Positions 47,475 through 59,862 of a stretch of 64,000 bases of DNA are shown here, piece by piece. Position 1 is the stretch's first letter; every line of letters begins with the position of its first letter. The notes below the pieces were generated by a model. It saw only the letters and a list, made by a program, of their open reading frames with translations. It was not told the DNA's origin and made no database searches. The position numbers and the translations under genes were made by a program. Source of the DNA: an uncultured Nitrospiraceae bacterium (GTDB taxonomy: Bacteria > Nitrospirota > Thermodesulfovibrionia > Thermodesulfovibrionales > Dissulfurispiraceae); contig CAMTVO010000001.1 of NCBI GenBank assembly GCA_947085205.1, positions 27,142-91,141 on the forward strand, written 5' to 3'.

Positions 47475-49043
47475 ATGAGACATATTGAGATATATGATAC
47501 AACTTTAAGGGACGGCTCGCAGGCAGAGGACATCGCCTTCTCTGTCGAGGACAAGCTGCGTATTACGGAAAAGCTTGATGAATTAGGTGTGCATTACATC
47601 GAGGGCGGCTGGCCCGGCTCCAATCCAAAGGATGCGGAGTATTTTAAAAAGGTTAGAAAGCTGCCGCTCCAAAACTCCGTGGTTGTTGCCTTTGGGAGTA
47701 CCCACAGGCCAAAGCATCGTGTTGAAGATGACCATAATATAAAGACCCTCGTTGAATCAAAGGCAATGATTGTCACAATATACGGAAAGACATGGGATTT
47801 CCATGTAAAAGAGGCATTGAAGATTTCCCTTGCGGCAAACCTTGACATCATCTATGACTCCATTGCATACCTTAAAAAACATGTTGAAAAGGTATTCTTC
47901 GATGCAGAGCATTTTTTTGACGGCTATAAGGACAATCCCGAATTCGCCATAAAATGCCTGCTTGCGGCTCAGGACGCAGGCGCAGACCGCATAATACCAT
48001 GCGATACAAACGGCGGCACTCTCCCGAATAACATAAAAAAGGTAATGCAGGATGTAGCAAAAAAAATAAAAAAGCCTCTGGGCATTCATGCCCACAATGA
48101 CTCTGAATGCGCAGTGGCAAACTCAATAATTGCTGTTGAAACAGGCGCTGTTCAAGTTCAGGGAACTATCAATGGGATTGGGGAAAGGTGCGGTAATGCC
48201 AATCTTGTCTCTATTATTCCAAATCTGCAAATAAAGCTTGGATACAAATGTCTGATTGATGAAAATCTCAAAAAATTAAGGGATGCGTCGAGGTTTGTAA
48301 ATGAGATATCCAACCTCAGGCATTTTAAGCGCCAGCCGTTTGTCGGTGACAGCGCCTTTGCACATAAGGGCGGAATTCATGTAAGCGCAGTAAGAAAGAG
48401 GCCGGAGACATACGAGCATATCAGGCCGGAACTTGTAGGCAATTCAACAAGAGTACTGATATCAGACCTTGCCGGTAAGAGCAATATCCTTAGAAAGGCC
48501 GAGGAGTTCAATATCCACCTTGAGGCAGACTCTCCTGAGATTCAGAGCGTTCTTGATACATTAAAAGATTTGGAGCATCAGGGCTTTCAGTTCGAGGGAG
48601 CAGAGGCATCATTTGAACTTATTATGAAGAAGGCGCTGGGACTTCATAGAAGGTTCTTTGACCTTATAGGATTCAGGGTTATTGATGAAAAGAGAAAGGA
48701 AAAGGAGGAGCCGTACAGCGAAGCGACCATTATGGTGAGGGTCGGTAAAAACGTAGAGCATACTGCCGCTATAGGCAACGGTCCTGTGAATGCCCTTGAT
48801 AATGCTTTGAGAAAGGCGCTTGAAAAATTTTATCCTGAACTCAAAAGCGTAAAGCTTCATGATTATAAAGTCCGTGTCCTCACGGCAGGGAAAGGAACTT
48901 TAGCCAGGGTGCGCGTCTTGATTGAATCAGGCGATAATGAGAGCAAGTGGGGAACTGTCGGCGTTTCAGAAAACATAATCGAGGCTTCATGGCAAGCGCT
49001 GGTTGACAGCATTGAATATAAGCTTTTGAAAGAAAAGGAGTGA
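47475..49043 (+). CDS. cimA: Citramalate synthase
   Basis: [31 protein letters not shown] and FAHKGGIH. Confidence 0.93.
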   Translation: MRHIEIYDTTLRDGSQAEDIAFSVEDKLRITEKLDELGVHYIEGGWPGSNPKDAEYFKKVRKLPLQNSVVVAFGSTHRPKHRVEDDHNIKTLVESKAMIVTIYGKTWDFHVKEALKISLAANLDIIYDSIAYLKKHVEKVFFDAEHFFDGYKDNPEFAIKCLLAAQDAGADRIIPCDTNGGTLPNNIKKVMQDVAKKIKKPLGIHAHNDSECAVANSIIAVETGAVQVQGTINGIGERCGNANLVSIIPNLQIKLGYKCLIDENLKKLRDASRFVNEISNLRHFKRQPFVGDSAFAHKGGIHVSAVRKRPETYEHIRPELVGNSTRVLISDLAGKSNILRKAEEFNIHLEADSPEIQSVLDTLKDLEHQGFQFEGAEASFELIMKKALGLHRRFFDLIGFRVIDEKRKEKEEPYSEATIMVRVGKNVEHTAAIGNGPVNALDNALRKALEKFYPELKSVKLHDYKVRVLTAGKGTLARVRVLIESGDNESKWGTVGVSENIIEASWQALVDSIEYKLLKEKE

Positions 49044-49044
49044 A

Positions 49045-49476
49045 GTGGAAGAAACCGGAGTGGTAAAAGAGGTTATCGGACCGAAGGCTATCGTAACTGT
49101 TCAGAGACAGAGCGGATGCGACTCATGCCCCGGCGGCTCTGTTTGTAAGATGATGGGAAATGAGGCTGAAATCGAGGCCGTAAACGAGGCAAAGGCAGGG
49201 GTCGGTGATACTGTCAGACTCGCATTCAAATCATACACCTATCTAAAAGGCACTGTTTTTATTTACGGCATACCGTCCATAATGCTCATAATCGGCGCTG
49301 TTATCGGAAAGGAATACTTAAGTAAGCTTTTGCCTAATATGGACCCTGACATTGTATCGGCCATGGGAGGTTTCGGCCTGTTTGCGCTGAGCTTCCTTTT
49401 TATGAAATTCTGGACGAAAAGGTATGAAGGCAAAAAGGAATACATGCCGGTAATAATAAAAGTGCTCAGTGGTTAG
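49045..49476 (+). CDS. RseC/MucC-family protein
   Basis: EETGVV, RQSGCDSC....C and two C-terminal TMs. Confidence 0.85.
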   Translation: MEETGVVKEVIGPKAIVTVQRQSGCDSCPGGSVCKMMGNEAEIEAVNEAKAGVGDTVRLAFKSYTYLKGTVFIYGIPSIMLIIGAVIGKEYLSKLLPNMDPDIVSAMGGFGLFALSFLFMKFWTKRYEGKKEYMPVIIKVLSG

Positions 49477-49558
49477 TAATCAGTGGCCAGTAGTGCCTAT
49501 AGTCAGGAGATTACTATTTTCTAACTACTGACCACTGTTCACTAATCACTATTCACTA
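49466..49558. repeat. Inverted pair of heptamer arrays at the rseC/fusA junction
   Basis: tcagtgg ttagtaa tcagtgg ccagtag ... ctactga ccactgt tcactaa tcactat tcactaa. Confidence 0.85.
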
Positions 49559-49574
49559 AAAAGAGGGGGTAAAT

Positions 49575-51665
49575 ATGGCACGGGTAGATGTCGAAAAGAT
49601 CAGAAACATCGCTGTAATCGCGCACAGCGGCGCGGGCAAGACTTCGCTTACAGAGGCAGTTATCTTTAACGCAGGCGCTATCGACAGGATGGGAAACACT
49701 GAGGCCGGAAATATGACCACCGACTACGAGCCTGAGGAGATTGCAAGGAAGATAAGCGTTACATCAGCCATTGCTTATTGCACATGGAAGGGAAACAGGA
49801 TAAATCTCATAGATACACCCGGCTTTATTAACTTTATAGAAGATACAAGAGGCTGTTTGAGGGTTTCTGACGGCGCGGTAGTAATTGTCAGCGCCATATC
49901 TGGTGTTAAGGCAGAGACAGAAAAGGTATGGAAATACGCCTGCGAATTCGAAGTGCCGAGGATAGTATTCATAAACAAGATGGACAAGGAATCCGCAAAT
50001 TTCTATAGAGCGCTCGGTGAACTCGAAAAATCCTTTGAGTCTGAGGCCATACCCTTGCATATACCTATCGGAGAAGGCGAAAACTTTAAAGGCATAATTG
50101 ACCTTATATCCATGAAGGCATATATGTCTGAGAATGGAAAGAGTGTCGAGACCGAAATCCCTTCGGATATAAAAGGTAATGCCGATGAATACAGGAAAAA
50201 GCTTGTAGAAAAGATTGCAGAGTCGGACGATTCCCTTCTGGAGAAATATCTCGAAGGCGGAGAATTGACTGCTGAAGAAATTATGAAAGGAGTAAAGGAA
50301 GGCTCTCTTACAAGAAGGTTTATTCCTGTGGCGTGCGGCGCTGCTACCATCAATGCAGGAATAGCACAGTTTATAGACGCAATGCTCCTCTGTCTGCCGT
50401 CTCCTGTTGAGATGAGCAGGATTTCTCCTGTAAGGGGAAAGCATCCCAAAGAGGGCAAGGAAATGGAAAGAAAGCCTGCCGAGACAGACCCGCTAACTGC
50501 ATATGTCTTTAAGACCGTTGCAGACCCTTATGCAGGCAAGCTTTCCATATTCAGAGTATATTCCGGTGTATTGAAGGCAGATTCGACAGTATTAAATGCG
50601 AATACGGGAACAAAAGAGAGAGTAGGGCAGGTTTTCTATCTTTTAGGCAAAAAACATATTCCTGCACAATCCATTGGCCCGGGTGAAATCGCAGCGGTTG
50701 TAAAACTTAAAGATACTAATGTCGGCGATACATTGTGCGAAGAACATAATCCTTTAATTTTAGAAAAGGTAAAATTTGCAGATCCCATAATATCATATGC
50801 CATTGCGCCAAAGAGCAAGGGTGATGAAGAAAAGGTAAGCTCAGGCCTCCACAGGATTTTGGAGGAAGACCCGACACTTCATTTTACGAGGGACGAGGAA
50901 TCGAAGGAGATGATACTCTCAGGAATGGGACAGGTTCATCTCGAAGTGGCATTAGAGAGGTTAAAGAGAAAATTCGGCGTTGAAGTCGTAATGAAGACTC
51001 CGAAGATCCCTTACAGGGAGACAATAAGGATTTCTGCAAAGGCGCAGGGCAGATACAAGAAGCAGTCTGGAGGCCGCGGCCAGTACGGAGACTGCTGGAT
51101 AGAGATAGAGCCTTTAGCAAGGGGCGGAGGATACGAGTTTTTCGATAAGATTGTCGGCGGCGTAATACCACAGCAGTACAGGCCTGCTGTTGAAAAGGGG
51201 ATAATTGAGACAATGAAAGAAGGAATACTCGCAGGTTATCAGGTGGTTGATATGAAGGCAACATTATATGACGGCTCTTATCATTCGGTTGATTCTTCTG
51301 AAATGGCATTTAAGATAGCAGGCTCGATGGCTTTAAAGAAGGCTTTTCAGGATGCAAAGCCTGTTCTTCTTGAGCCAATAATGAAGGTTGAGGTGATAGT
51401 TCCTGATGATACGCTCGGCTCTGTGATAGGAGATTTGAATTCGAGGCGCGGAAAGGTTCAGGGGGTTGAGCCGCAGGCAGGCTCAAACCAGAAGATACTG
51501 GCCCTTGTGCCTATGGCAGAGATGCTTACATATGCAAACCAGCTTCAGAGCATAACATCAGGCAGGGGGTTGTATTCCATGGAGGCGTCGCACTATGAAG
51601 AAGTACCTGCTCATATCGCGCAAAAGATCATAGCGGAGAGGCAAAAGCAGAAGGAAGAAGAATAG
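49575..51665 (+). CDS. fusA: Elongation factor G paralogue (EF-G2-like)
   Basis: [23 protein letters not shown] and [15 protein letters not shown] and DTPGFINF deviate from canonical EF-G; not in an str operon. Confidence 0.9.
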   Translation: MARVDVEKIRNIAVIAHSGAGKTSLTEAVIFNAGAIDRMGNTEAGNMTTDYEPEEIARKISVTSAIAYCTWKGNRINLIDTPGFINFIEDTRGCLRVSDGAVVIVSAISGVKAETEKVWKYACEFEVPRIVFINKMDKESANFYRALGELEKSFESEAIPLHIPIGEGENFKGIIDLISMKAYMSENGKSVETEIPSDIKGNADEYRKKLVEKIAESDDSLLEKYLEGGELTAEEIMKGVKEGSLTRRFIPVACGAATINAGIAQFIDAMLLCLPSPVEMSRISPVRGKHPKEGKEMERKPAETDPLTAYVFKTVADPYAGKLSIFRVYSGVLKADSTVLNANTGTKERVGQVFYLLGKKHIPAQSIGPGEIAAVVKLKDTNVGDTLCEEHNPLILEKVKFADPIISYAIAPKSKGDEEKVSSGLHRILEEDPTLHFTRDEESKEMILSGMGQVHLEVALERLKRKFGVEVVMKTPKIPYRETIRISAKAQGRYKKQSGGRGQYGDCWIEIEPLARGGGYEFFDKIVGGVIPQQYRPAVEKGIIETMKEGILAGYQVVDMKATLYDGSYHSVDSSEMAFKIAGSMALKKAFQDAKPVLLEPIMKVEVIVPDDTLGSVIGDLNSRRGKVQGVEPQAGSNQKILALVPMAEMLTYANQLQSITSGRGLYSMEASHYEEVPAHIAQKIIAERQKQKEEE

Positions 51666-51669
51666 ACAT

Positions 51670-53043
51670 ATGAAAAAACCGTGGGCAGGAAGGTTTAAGG
51701 AAAAAACAGACGGTATTGTGGAGAAATACACAGAGTCTATTTCCTTTGACAAAAGGTTATGGAAATACGATATTGAAGGAAGCATAGCCCACGCTAAGAT
51801 GCTTGCAAAACAGGACATCATTCTCAAAAAAGATGCTGATAAAATTATCAAAAGTTTGAAGGAAATATACAGAGAGATAGAAGAGGGCAGATTTGTGTTT
51901 AAGGAAGAACTTGAAGACATCCATATGAATATAGAGTCTGCCCTTATCGAGAATATCGGTGATGTCGGCGGCAGGCTCCATACCGCGCGTTCAAGGAATG
52001 ATCAGGTTGCTCTGGACATCAGACTTTATTTGAGGGCAGAGGTCAAAGTGATAATCTCGCTTCTGGAAACCCTTGAAACAGTGCTTGCAGATATGGCAGA
52101 GAAGAATCTCGATGTCATCATGCCCGGATATACGCATATGCAGAGGGCTCAACCTGTGCTTTTGTCCCATCACCTGATGGCATATGCACAGATGTTTGAA
52201 AGGGATAAGACGAGATTTGAGGATGCATTAAAGCGTATCAATATTCTGCCGCTTGGCTCATGCGCCCTTGCAGGCACAACGCTTCCAACAGACAGGCATT
52301 ATGTGGCCGAACTTTTGGGATTTGATTCTATCTCAGAAAACAGTATGGATTCTGTTTCTGATAGGGATTTTTCCATTGAGTTTCTCTCCTGCTCTTCCAT
52401 ATTCATGATGCATGCATCAAGGGTGGCAGAAGAATTAATCCTCTGGTCTTCTGAAGAATTCTCTTTTATCGAATTGCCGGATGCCTTTACCACAGGCTCA
52501 AGCATAATGCCGCAGAAGAAGAATCCTGATGTGGCTGAATTGATGCGTGGAAAGACAGGCAGGGTTTACGGTAGTCTTGTAAGCCTTCTTACAACAATGA
52601 AAGGCCTGCCTCTAACTTACAATAGAGACATGCAGGAGGACAAAGAGCCTGTCTTTGATACAGTTGATACAGTGAAATTGACATTGAATGCCCTTATCCA
52701 GATGCTTCCCAAAATAAAATTCAATGAGAAACGAATGAAGGATACAGCAGATGCAGCCTTTTCCACTGCAACTGATATTGCCGAATATCTTGTTAGAAAA
52801 GGTATACCTTTTAGAACTGCCCATGAAATAACAGGCAGGGTAGTCAGGCACTGCATTGATAAAGGCAAGGGGCTTTCTGATTTAAGCATCGCGGAATATA
52901 AATCATTCTCGAATGTTATAGGCAGTGACATTTATAAGTTCATCGGCATATCAGAATCTGTGAATGCAAAAAAATCATACGGCGGCACATCGCCTTCAAT
53001 GGTGAAGGAACAAATAAAGAGGTTTAAGAAAAGGTTGAAATGA
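51670..53043 (+). CDS. argH: Argininosuccinate lyase
   Basis: [21 protein letters not shown] and [13 protein letters not shown]. Confidence 0.98.
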   Translation: MKKPWAGRFKEKTDGIVEKYTESISFDKRLWKYDIEGSIAHAKMLAKQDIILKKDADKIIKSLKEIYREIEEGRFVFKEELEDIHMNIESALIENIGDVGGRLHTARSRNDQVALDIRLYLRAEVKVIISLLETLETVLADMAEKNLDVIMPGYTHMQRAQPVLLSHHLMAYAQMFERDKTRFEDALKRINILPLGSCALAGTTLPTDRHYVAELLGFDSISENSMDSVSDRDFSIEFLSCSSIFMMHASRVAEELILWSSEEFSFIELPDAFTTGSSIMPQKKNPDVAELMRGKTGRVYGSLVSLLTTMKGLPLTYNRDMQEDKEPVFDTVDTVKLTLNALIQMLPKIKFNEKRMKDTADAAFSTATDIAEYLVRKGIPFRTAHEITGRVVRHCIDKGKGLSDLSIAEYKSFSNVIGSDIYKFIGISESVNAKKSYGGTSPSMVKEQIKRFKKRLK

Positions 53044-54014
53044 AATTGAGAAGACCATTTCAGATTAGTACAATTGTTTTATGCATGTTACTTTTTGCCT
53101 CCTGCGGGAAAAAAGGCGACCCAACTCTCAAGACCTTTGAAAAACCAATGCCTGTCAAGGAAATAAGGGCAGTTCATCGCGATGATGAACTTATAATCTC
53201 GTGGTCGTATCCTGCATCTGAAAGAAAAAAAATTAAGGGTTTCTATATAGAGAAGGCAGAAATAAAAAGTCAGGAATCAGGAGTCAGGAGTCCGGAGTTT
53301 AAAAATCTTGGTTTTATAAAGAATGATGCATCACAATTCATTGACAAGGACTTCAAGGTAGGAAATCTTTATTTCTATAAAATTCGCGTATACAGCCTAA
53401 GGGACATCATAAGCGACGACTCTCCGATTATAAAGGTAAAGCCTTCGGTTCTTCCTGAAAAGCCTGCGGGATTATCTTATTCTGTAACAAGCGATTCCAT
53501 AAAAATAAAGTGGGATCGGGTCCGCAATGAGTTTAAATACAATATCTATAAGAGCTATGAGAAAGGTAAATATTCATCACCGCCTTTAAACACCACACCT
53601 CTAACCGAAACCTCCTTTAGCGACAAGGTGGAAAAAGATAGGCTTGTCTATTATAGTGTCAGAGCGCTTCTTGATACAGACATCAAAGATGAAGGCTATC
53701 CGTCGGAAGAACTTGAGATTAACCCCGGGTCCTTTGTTCCTTCAAAACCGAATAAAGTCAAATATGTTCCCTCCAGTCAAAAGGTCTATCTCATATGGGA
53801 TGAAAATAAAGAAACATGGGTTAAGGGATACAGGGTTTACAGAAAAAAAGCATCGGAGACGGAATTCAAATTAATAGGGGAGTCGATTTTACCCGCCTTT
53901 ACGGATAACGATCCTCTTTCTTCAAAGAGGTCGTATTACATAACCGCCGTCGGACCCAAGAGAGAAAGCATATTCTCTGAGATTATAGAGGTTCATCCTC
54001 TCGTAGAAAGATAG
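53040..54014 (+). CDS. Lipoprotein with fibronectin type III repeats
   Basis: Lipobox [10 protein letters not shown]; three FN3-like W/Y-patterned domains. Confidence 0.8.
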   Translation: MKLRRPFQISTIVLCMLLFASCGKKGDPTLKTFEKPMPVKEIRAVHRDDELIISWSYPASERKKIKGFYIEKAEIKSQESGVRSPEFKNLGFIKNDASQFIDKDFKVGNLYFYKIRVYSLRDIISDDSPIIKVKPSVLPEKPAGLSYSVTSDSIKIKWDRVRNEFKYNIYKSYEKGKYSSPPLNTTPLTETSFSDKVEKDRLVYYSVRALLDTDIKDEGYPSEELEINPGSFVPSKPNKVKYVPSSQKVYLIWDENKETWVKGYRVYRKKASETEFKLIGESILPAFTDNDPLSSKRSYYITAVGPKRESIFSEIIEVHPLVER

Positions 54015-54015
54015 A

Positions 54016-55071
54016 ATGGAAAAAATACTTTTAGGACACGGCGGCGGCGGCATATTGATGTACCGGTTGATTAAGGAATATTTTGTTCCTGAATTTGGTT
54101 TGAAGGAACTCAGCGACTCAGCGGTAATTAAAAGTTCGGAGTTCGGAGACTTCGGCGAGCTCAGTCGAGCCGTTCGGAGTTCGGAGTTTAGGTTTGCTTT
54201 TACCACAGATTCCTATGTGGTTTCTCCTATCTTTTTCCCGGGCGGAAATATCGGCGGGCTTGCAGTAAACGGCACTGTAAATGACCTCTCAATGGTTGGT
54301 GCAAGGCCGCTTTATCTTTCTGTAGGCTTTATTATCGAAGAAGGTTTTCCGATGCATGACCTTAAAGCTATCCTTTCCTCCATGTCAGAGGCTGCAAAAA
54401 AAGCCGATGTGAAAATAGTTGCAGGGGATACAAAGGTCGTTGATAAGGGCAAAGGGGACGGCATATTTATAAATACAAGCGGTTTTGGAATAATTCCGGA
54501 TGGGATAGAGCTTGGCCCGAATAAAATTAAGGCAGGTGATAAAGTAATAGTGAGCGGATTGATAGGGAGCCACGGCATAGCTGTTTTATCAAAGAGGAAC
54601 GGCCTTTCCTTTGACCCGCCTGTTTTGAGCGATACAGCGCCTTTAAACGAATTTGTGGAAGTTATGCTTGATGTATCAAAACAATCCGCAATTAAAATGA
54701 TGAGGGATCCGACAAGGGGAGGAGTTGCAACTACATTGAAGGAGATGGCTGGCGATTCAGGCAGTTGTATTACCATTTATGAGAATCTGTTGCCCATATC
54801 ATCAGGTGTAATTGGCGCCTGCGAACTGCTTGGTTTAGACCCGCTTTATGTTGCGAATGAAGGAATCCTTATCGCAGTTGTCTCGCCGGATAAAGCCGAA
54901 TCACTCGTTGAAGAAATGAGAAAACACTCTTTGGGAAAAAACGCAACAATAATCGGTGAAGTTACGGATAATGACCCCAAAACCAAAGGAATGGTCTTGT
55001 TCAAGACATCAATAGGCGGCACACGGATTGTTGACATGCTCACTGGAGAACAACTGACGAGAATGTGCTAA
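54016..55071 (+). CDS. hypE: Hydrogenase maturation protein HypE with an in-frame repeat insertion
   Basis: HGGGG, FTTDSYVV.P.FFPGG, GDTKVV, RDPTRGG, ANEG and terminal Cys. Confidence 0.95.
   Translation: MEKILLGHGGGGILMYRLIKEYFVPEFGLKELSDSAVIKSSEFGDFGELSRAVRSSEFRFAFTTDSYVVSPIFFPGGNIGGLAVNGTVNDLSMVGARPLYLSVGFIIEEGFPMHDLKAILSSMSEAAKKADVKIVAGDTKVVDKGKGDGIFINTSGFGIIPDGIELGPNKIKAGDKVIVSGLIGSHGIAVLSKRNGLSFDPPVLSDTAPLNEFVEVMLDVSKQSAIKMMRDPTRGGVATTLKEMAGDSGSCITIYENLLPISSGVIGACELLGLDPLYVANEGILIAVVSPDKAESLVEEMRKHSLGKNATIIGEVTDNDPKTKGMVLFKTSIGGTRIVDMLTGEQLTRMC
54133..54188 (-). repeat. Composite heptamer/hairpin element, in-frame (second copy, inverted)
   Basis: agttcggagttcggagacttcggcgagctcagtcgagccgttcggagttcggagtt. 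Confidence 0.9.
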
Positions 55072-55130
55072 AATAGCGCATAGTTTTTTGCCATGAGCCA
55101 TCAGCCATGAGCTAAAATGGAGGTTTGATT

Positions 55131-56078
55131 ATGCTTAGAAAAATATTACTTGGTATCTGCGTCATGCTGCTCGGGTATGCAACAATTGTAAACAGCGCCA
55201 TACTGCTCGATAAGATCATGGCTATAGTGAACAAAGAGGTAATAACATGGAGCGACCTTTACAAGGCGATGGAGTTCGAGGCTACTGATGGGATGAAGAC
55301 AATGAAGGACGAAGATAAACGCAGGTTTTTCAAGGAAAATGAACAGGAATTTCTGGAGAGCCTTATCGATATGAGGCTTCAGCTTCAGGAGGCGGCAAAG
55401 GCAGGCGTCTCTGTAAGCGACGAAGATGTGAGCAGGGCTATAGAAAACATAAAGAAGAAATACTCAATGACGGACGAAGTGTTTAAAGAAGCTATCGGCA
55501 AGGAAGGGTTTACCCTCGCTGAGTATAGAAAGAAACTTTCAGAGCAGATAACAATAAGCCGCGTTGTGGAGCAGGAGGTAAAAAGCAAGATCCTTGTGAC
55601 CGAAGGCGAGGTTGATAAATATCTCTCAGAAAATAAGGATGTGGCAAAGGAAAGCGACGGCTTTAATATAAGCCATATATTTTTCAGAAAGACGGGTGAC
55701 AGAAAGCAGATCGAAGAAAAAGCGGCTGAGATATACAAAAAGATAAAGACAGGAGAAAACTTTTCGGAGGTTGCAAGACAGCACTCCGAAGACGCGAGCG
55801 CAAGTAGCGGTGGGGAGCTTGGTTTTATCAGGAAGTCCGACATGTCAAAGGATTTTCTTGACGTCCTTTCGAAGATGAAGGCAGGCGATGTGAGCGAGCC
55901 TTTCTGGGGCGGCAATGGTATTCATATAATCAGGCTGAACGATAAAAAAGAGATCAAGAGCCTGCAGGAATTGAGAGAGATGGTAAGGCAGAAGCTGTTG
56001 GAGGAGAAGTTCAACAAGGAATACAGGAACTGGATTAAAGGGCTGCGTGAAAGGGCATATGTGGAGATCAAGCTTTAG
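55131..56078 (+). CDS. SurA-like peptidyl-prolyl isomerase/chaperone
   Basis: LDKIMAIVN.EVIT; parvulin F..VA..HSED....GGELG. Confidence 0.9.
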   Translation: MLRKILLGICVMLLGYATIVNSAILLDKIMAIVNKEVITWSDLYKAMEFEATDGMKTMKDEDKRRFFKENEQEFLESLIDMRLQLQEAAKAGVSVSDEDVSRAIENIKKKYSMTDEVFKEAIGKEGFTLAEYRKKLSEQITISRVVEQEVKSKILVTEGEVDKYLSENKDVAKESDGFNISHIFFRKTGDRKQIEEKAAEIYKKIKTGENFSEVARQHSEDASASSGGELGFIRKSDMSKDFLDVLSKMKAGDVSEPFWGGNGIHIIRLNDKKEIKSLQELREMVRQKLLEEKFNKEYRNWIKGLRERAYVEIKL

Positions 56079-56081
56079 GGC

Positions 56082-56786
56082 ATGGAGCAGAGAATTCAAA
56101 AGATCCTTGCCCTGACGGGTATAGCTTCGAGGCGAAAGGCAGAGGAGTTCATAATCGAAGGCAGGGTAACGGTAAATGGAAAGACGGCAGTCCTTGGAAT
56201 GAAGGCAGACCCTGCAAAAGACCATATAAAAGTTGACGGAAAGCTTTTAACAAAGCCGGAACCTAAAATATATCTGATGTTAAATAAGCCCGCAGGCGTT
56301 GTAACGTCCCTTTCCGACCCGGAGGAAAGGCCTACGATAAAAGATTTCTTAAAGAGTATAAAATACAGGGTCTTCCCTGCAGGCAGGCTTGATTATGACT
56401 CTGAAGGACTTCTGCTTATAACCAATGACGGTGATTTTGCACATTCGATAATTCATCCGTCTAAAAAGATACCAAAGACCTATGCGGTTAAGGTAAAAGG
56501 AATCATCGATGAAGGCGGAATGGAGAATTTGAGGAAGGGCGTAAGACTGGAAGACGGCTTAACAGCGCCGGCAAAAGTAAAGAGAATAAGGCAGACGGAA
56601 AGTAACTCATGGGTAGAGATAACTATATATGAGGGCAGGAAAAGGCAGGTAAGGAGGATGCTCGAAAAGGTAGGGCATCCTGTGATCAGGCTGAAAAGGA
56701 TTGCGATTAACGGTATAAAGCTCGGGGATTTAAAGCCGGGAGAGATAAGGCGTCTGGCGCAAGAAGAAATTAAAAAGCTGAAGTGA
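56082..56786 (+). CDS. rluB: RsuA/RluB-family pseudouridine synthase
   Basis: S4 domain (ASRRKAE), GRLDYDSEGLLL and EGRKRQVRRM. Confidence 0.9.
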   Translation: MEQRIQKILALTGIASRRKAEEFIIEGRVTVNGKTAVLGMKADPAKDHIKVDGKLLTKPEPKIYLMLNKPAGVVTSLSDPEERPTIKDFLKSIKYRVFPAGRLDYDSEGLLLITNDGDFAHSIIHPSKKIPKTYAVKVKGIIDEGGMENLRKGVRLEDGLTAPAKVKRIRQTESNSWVEITIYEGRKRQVRRMLEKVGHPVIRLKRIAINGIKLGDLKPGEIRRLAQEEIKKLK

Positions 56787-56798
56787 AGATAAATAATC

Positions 56799-56880
56799 TG
56801 GAGTGCTGGAGTAGTGGAGTATTGGGTAACAAAGTAATTTTAGGCAAGACAGATAATACTCCAACACTCCATTACTCCAA
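56799..56880. repeat. Inverted pair of octamer arrays (GGAGTRNT ... AYACTCCA) at the rluB/aspS junction
   Basis: ggagtgct ggagtagt ggagtatt ... aatactcc aacactcc attactcc; single arms also at 15978, 33411 and 42470. Confidence 0.9.
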
Positions 56881-56900
56881 TTAAATTTGTTGGAGGTTTT

Positions 56901-58700
56901 ATGGTTCGCGATAAATGGTGCGGTGAAATCATGGAGTCTGACATAGGCTCCAACATGAGCCTTGCCGGATGGGTATTCAGAAGAAGAGACCACGGAGGCT
57001 TGATATTTGTGGATTTAAGGGACAGGAGCGGTATCGCTCAGGTTGTCTTCAGTCCCGATGCCTCAAAAGAGGCGCACGAGCTTGCCCATGATTTAAGGGG
57101 CGAGTTTGTTATATCAGTATCAGGAGAGATTAGAAAAAGACCCGAAGGGACAGAGAATCCGAATATCCCCACAGGAATGGTGGAGCTTTATGCAAAAAAA
57201 CTGACTGTTTTAAATGAGTCGTCCCCCTTGCCGTTCCCTATGGAAGAGGCAGCAGAGGCGTCCGAGTCTTTAAGGCTGAAGTACAGATATCTTGACTTAA
57301 GAAGGCCTGAACTCCAGCGTAATTTAATTGTCAGGCACAGGGCCGCAAAGGTTATAAGGGATTATCTTGATGAAAAAGGATTCCTCGAGATAGAGACACC
57401 AATGCTCACAAAATCTACACCTGAAGGTGCAAGGGATTATCTTGTTCCGAGCCGTCTCAATCCCGGCCACTTCTTTGCGCTTCCGCAGTCGCCCCAGCTT
57501 TTTAAGCAGATACTCATGGTATCAGGACTCGAAAGGTATTTCCAGATAGTCAGGTGTTTCAGGGATGAGGATTTGCGGGCAGACAGGCAGCCCGAATTTA
57601 CGCAGGTTGATATGGAGATGTCATTCATTGATAAGGAAAATGTTATTGATGTTATCGAGGGAATGATTAAGAGGCTTTTCAAGGATGTCCTTAATATTGA
57701 GATGACAGTGCCATTTGAAAGGCTCAACTATAAAGAGTCGATGGATAGGTTCGGCAATGACAAGCCAGACATGAGATTCGGACTTGAATTAAAGGATATG
57801 GCTGATTTGGCAGCGAAAGGAACATTTAAGGTCTTCCTTGATGCTATCCATTCTGGCGGCAGGGTAAAGGCCATTAACGGCAAAGGGATGGCAGGACTTT
57901 CCAGAAAAGAGATAGATATGCTTACAGAGGAGGCACAATCCTTCGGCGCAAAGGGACTTGCATGGATAAAGGTCAGGAACGGCTTTGAATCACCCATTGC
58001 AAAATTCTTCCCTGAAGAGATTCTGAGGCAGATGGCTGAGAGGCTCTATGCATCTGAGGGAGATATGATGCTCTTTGTTGCAGACAAGGAGAAGGTTGTC
58101 CATGATGTACTGAGCCGCATGAGGCTTGAGCTCGGCAAGAGGCTGAATCTTATACAAGATGGATTTAAATTTTTGTGGGTAACAGATTATCCGCTTCTGG
58201 AATGGGACGAAGAAGGCGGCAGATTTACAGCCATGCACCATCCATTTACTTCACCTATAGATGAGGATATAGAAAAAATGTTATCTATAGAGATGTCTTC
58301 ACCGGAACTGTTCACTGTTCACCGTTCACTGTTGACTGCTTTAAAGGCAAAGGCATACGATATTGTGTTGAACGGTTATGAAATAGGCGGAGGCAGCATC
58401 CGTATCCACAGGAAGGATGTACAGAAGAAGATGTTCGAGATACTGAAGATATCCGAAGACGAGGCAAAAGTAAAATTCGGTTTTTTGCTTGATGCCCTCG
58501 AATATGGAGCGCCTCCGCACGGCGGAATTGCACTCGGTCTTGACAGGCTGGTGATGCTGATGGTCGGAGCGCACTCCATAAGGGATGTCATCGCATTCCC
58601 CAAAACACAGAAGGCAGTGTGTTTTATGAGCGGCGCGCCTTCGATTGTCGAGCCGAAACAGTTGAGAGAGTTGAATATAAAAGTGGATATACCGCTATAA
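56901..58700 (+). CDS. aspS: Aspartate--tRNA ligase
   Basis: [29 protein letters not shown] and GAPPHGG. Confidence 0.98.
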   Translation: MVRDKWCGEIMESDIGSNMSLAGWVFRRRDHGGLIFVDLRDRSGIAQVVFSPDASKEAHELAHDLRGEFVISVSGEIRKRPEGTENPNIPTGMVELYAKKLTVLNESSPLPFPMEEAAEASESLRLKYRYLDLRRPELQRNLIVRHRAAKVIRDYLDEKGFLEIETPMLTKSTPEGARDYLVPSRLNPGHFFALPQSPQLFKQILMVSGLERYFQIVRCFRDEDLRADRQPEFTQVDMEMSFIDKENVIDVIEGMIKRLFKDVLNIEMTVPFERLNYKESMDRFGNDKPDMRFGLELKDMADLAAKGTFKVFLDAIHSGGRVKAINGKGMAGLSRKEIDMLTEEAQSFGAKGLAWIKVRNGFESPIAKFFPEEILRQMAERLYASEGDMMLFVADKEKVVHDVLSRMRLELGKRLNLIQDGFKFLWVTDYPLLEWDEEGGRFTAMHHPFTSPIDEDIEKMLSIEMSSPELFTVHRSLLTALKAKAYDIVLNGYEIGGGSIRIHRKDVQKKMFEILKISEDEAKVKFGFLLDALEYGAPPHGGIALGLDRLVMLMVGAHSIRDVIAFPKTQKAVCFMSGAPSIVEPKQLRELNIKVDIPL

Positions 58701-58704
58701 CTTA

Positions 58705-58771
58705 TTCCTAAAAATAGACATAGAAGACTGTCATTCCTTATAATCCCCCTTCCCTCTCTATTTTTCGGTTA
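58705..58771. mobile_element. Small MITE-like element related to 22449-22490
   Basis: ttcctaaaaatagac...tgtcattcc...ctctatttttcggtta; right end is the reverse complement of 22449-22465. Confidence 0.65.
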
Positions 58772-58809
58772 TTGACAATCGTTGTGTTTTCTGTAATTAT
58801 TAACTAAAC

Positions 58810-59862
58810 ATGTTTAAAAAGAAGAATCCTATAGGGCTTGACATTGGTTCGGCTTATATCAAAGCCGTACAGATTAATGACACCAAGACAGGCTATGAGC
58901 TTGCCCTTTTTGATATGATTCCTGTTCAGCCGGGTATTATCGGCGACGGAGTCATTGCTGATAAGAACAAACTCATTATCTCTATAAAGGAGTTGTTAAA
59001 GAAGGCGGGCATAAAAAGGAACGATGCTGTAATTAGCGTTTCAGGCCACTCATCTGTAATTATAAAGAAGATAACGATACCTCTTATGACCGAGGATGAA
59101 CTCGGAGCTTCCATCAAATACGAGGCAGAACAGTATGTGCCGTTTGATATCAAAGATGTGGAGATAGACTTCCAGATACTCGGACCGAAACTTGACGAAG
59201 AAGGGCAAATGGATGTGGTGCTTGTGGCTGTTAAGAAAGTTGTAATAAAGGATTATCAAGAAGTTGTCGCGAAGGCGGGACTTGATCCGGTTATTGTGGA
59301 TGTCGACTCATTTGCCATCAGCAATATGTATGAGATGAATTACGGTATTGCCGAAAGAAAAAATATAGCATTGATTAATGTAGGCGCAAGCGCTACAAAT
59401 ATAAACATACTCCAGAACGGCTTGCCGGTCTTCACAAGGGACAGCGCCATAGGAAGCAATCATCATACAGAGGCGCTCGAGAAAGAACTGGGGGTGTCGA
59501 GAGAGGACGCGGAGAGGCTGAAGATGGGGCGCGCGGTGGAAGGCGTTTTTCCGGCAGATGTGCAGCTTGCCATCAATTCCGCCTCAGAGGAGATATATGC
59601 CGAGCTTTACAGGTCATTCGAATACTTCAGGAGCAGCGTAGGAGAGGAAGAGATAGACAGGGTTATCCTGAGCGGCGGGGCAGCTATTATAAAGGGTTTT
59701 CCGGAGGCGATGGCAGGCAGGCTCGGCATAGAGGTAGAGGTTGCAGACCCGTTCAAAAATATAAGAATCCCTGAAAAGCTTGATGCAGCTTATATAAAAG
59801 AGATTGCTCCTATAGCTGCTGTGGCTGTTGGGCTCGCATTAAGGCGCGTTGGAGATCGGTAA
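58810..59862 (+). CDS. pilM: Type IV pilus assembly protein PilM
   Basis: IGLDIGS, EAEQYVPF, VVLVAVKK and ILSGG. Confidence 0.95.
   Translation: MFKKKNPIGLDIGSAYIKAVQINDTKTGYELALFDMIPVQPGIIGDGVIADKNKLIISIKELLKKAGIKRNDAVISVSGHSSVIIKKITIPLMTEDELGASIKYEAEQYVPFDIKDVEIDFQILGPKLDEEGQMDVVLVAVKKVVIKDYQEVVAKAGLDPVIVDVDSFAISNMYEMNYGIAERKNIALINVGASATNINILQNGLPVFTRDSAIGSNHHTEALEKELGVSREDAERLKMGRAVEGVFPADVQLAINSASEEIYAELYRSFEYFRSSVGEEEIDRVILSGGAAIIKGFPEAMAGRLGIEVEVADPFKNIRIPEKLDAAYIKEIAPIAAVAVGLALRRVGDR

Noticed and set aside
49764..50444. Long antisense ORFs such as this 226-aa one and 24893-25504
   Set aside because: Shadow frames of well-supported genes, with no motifs of their own.
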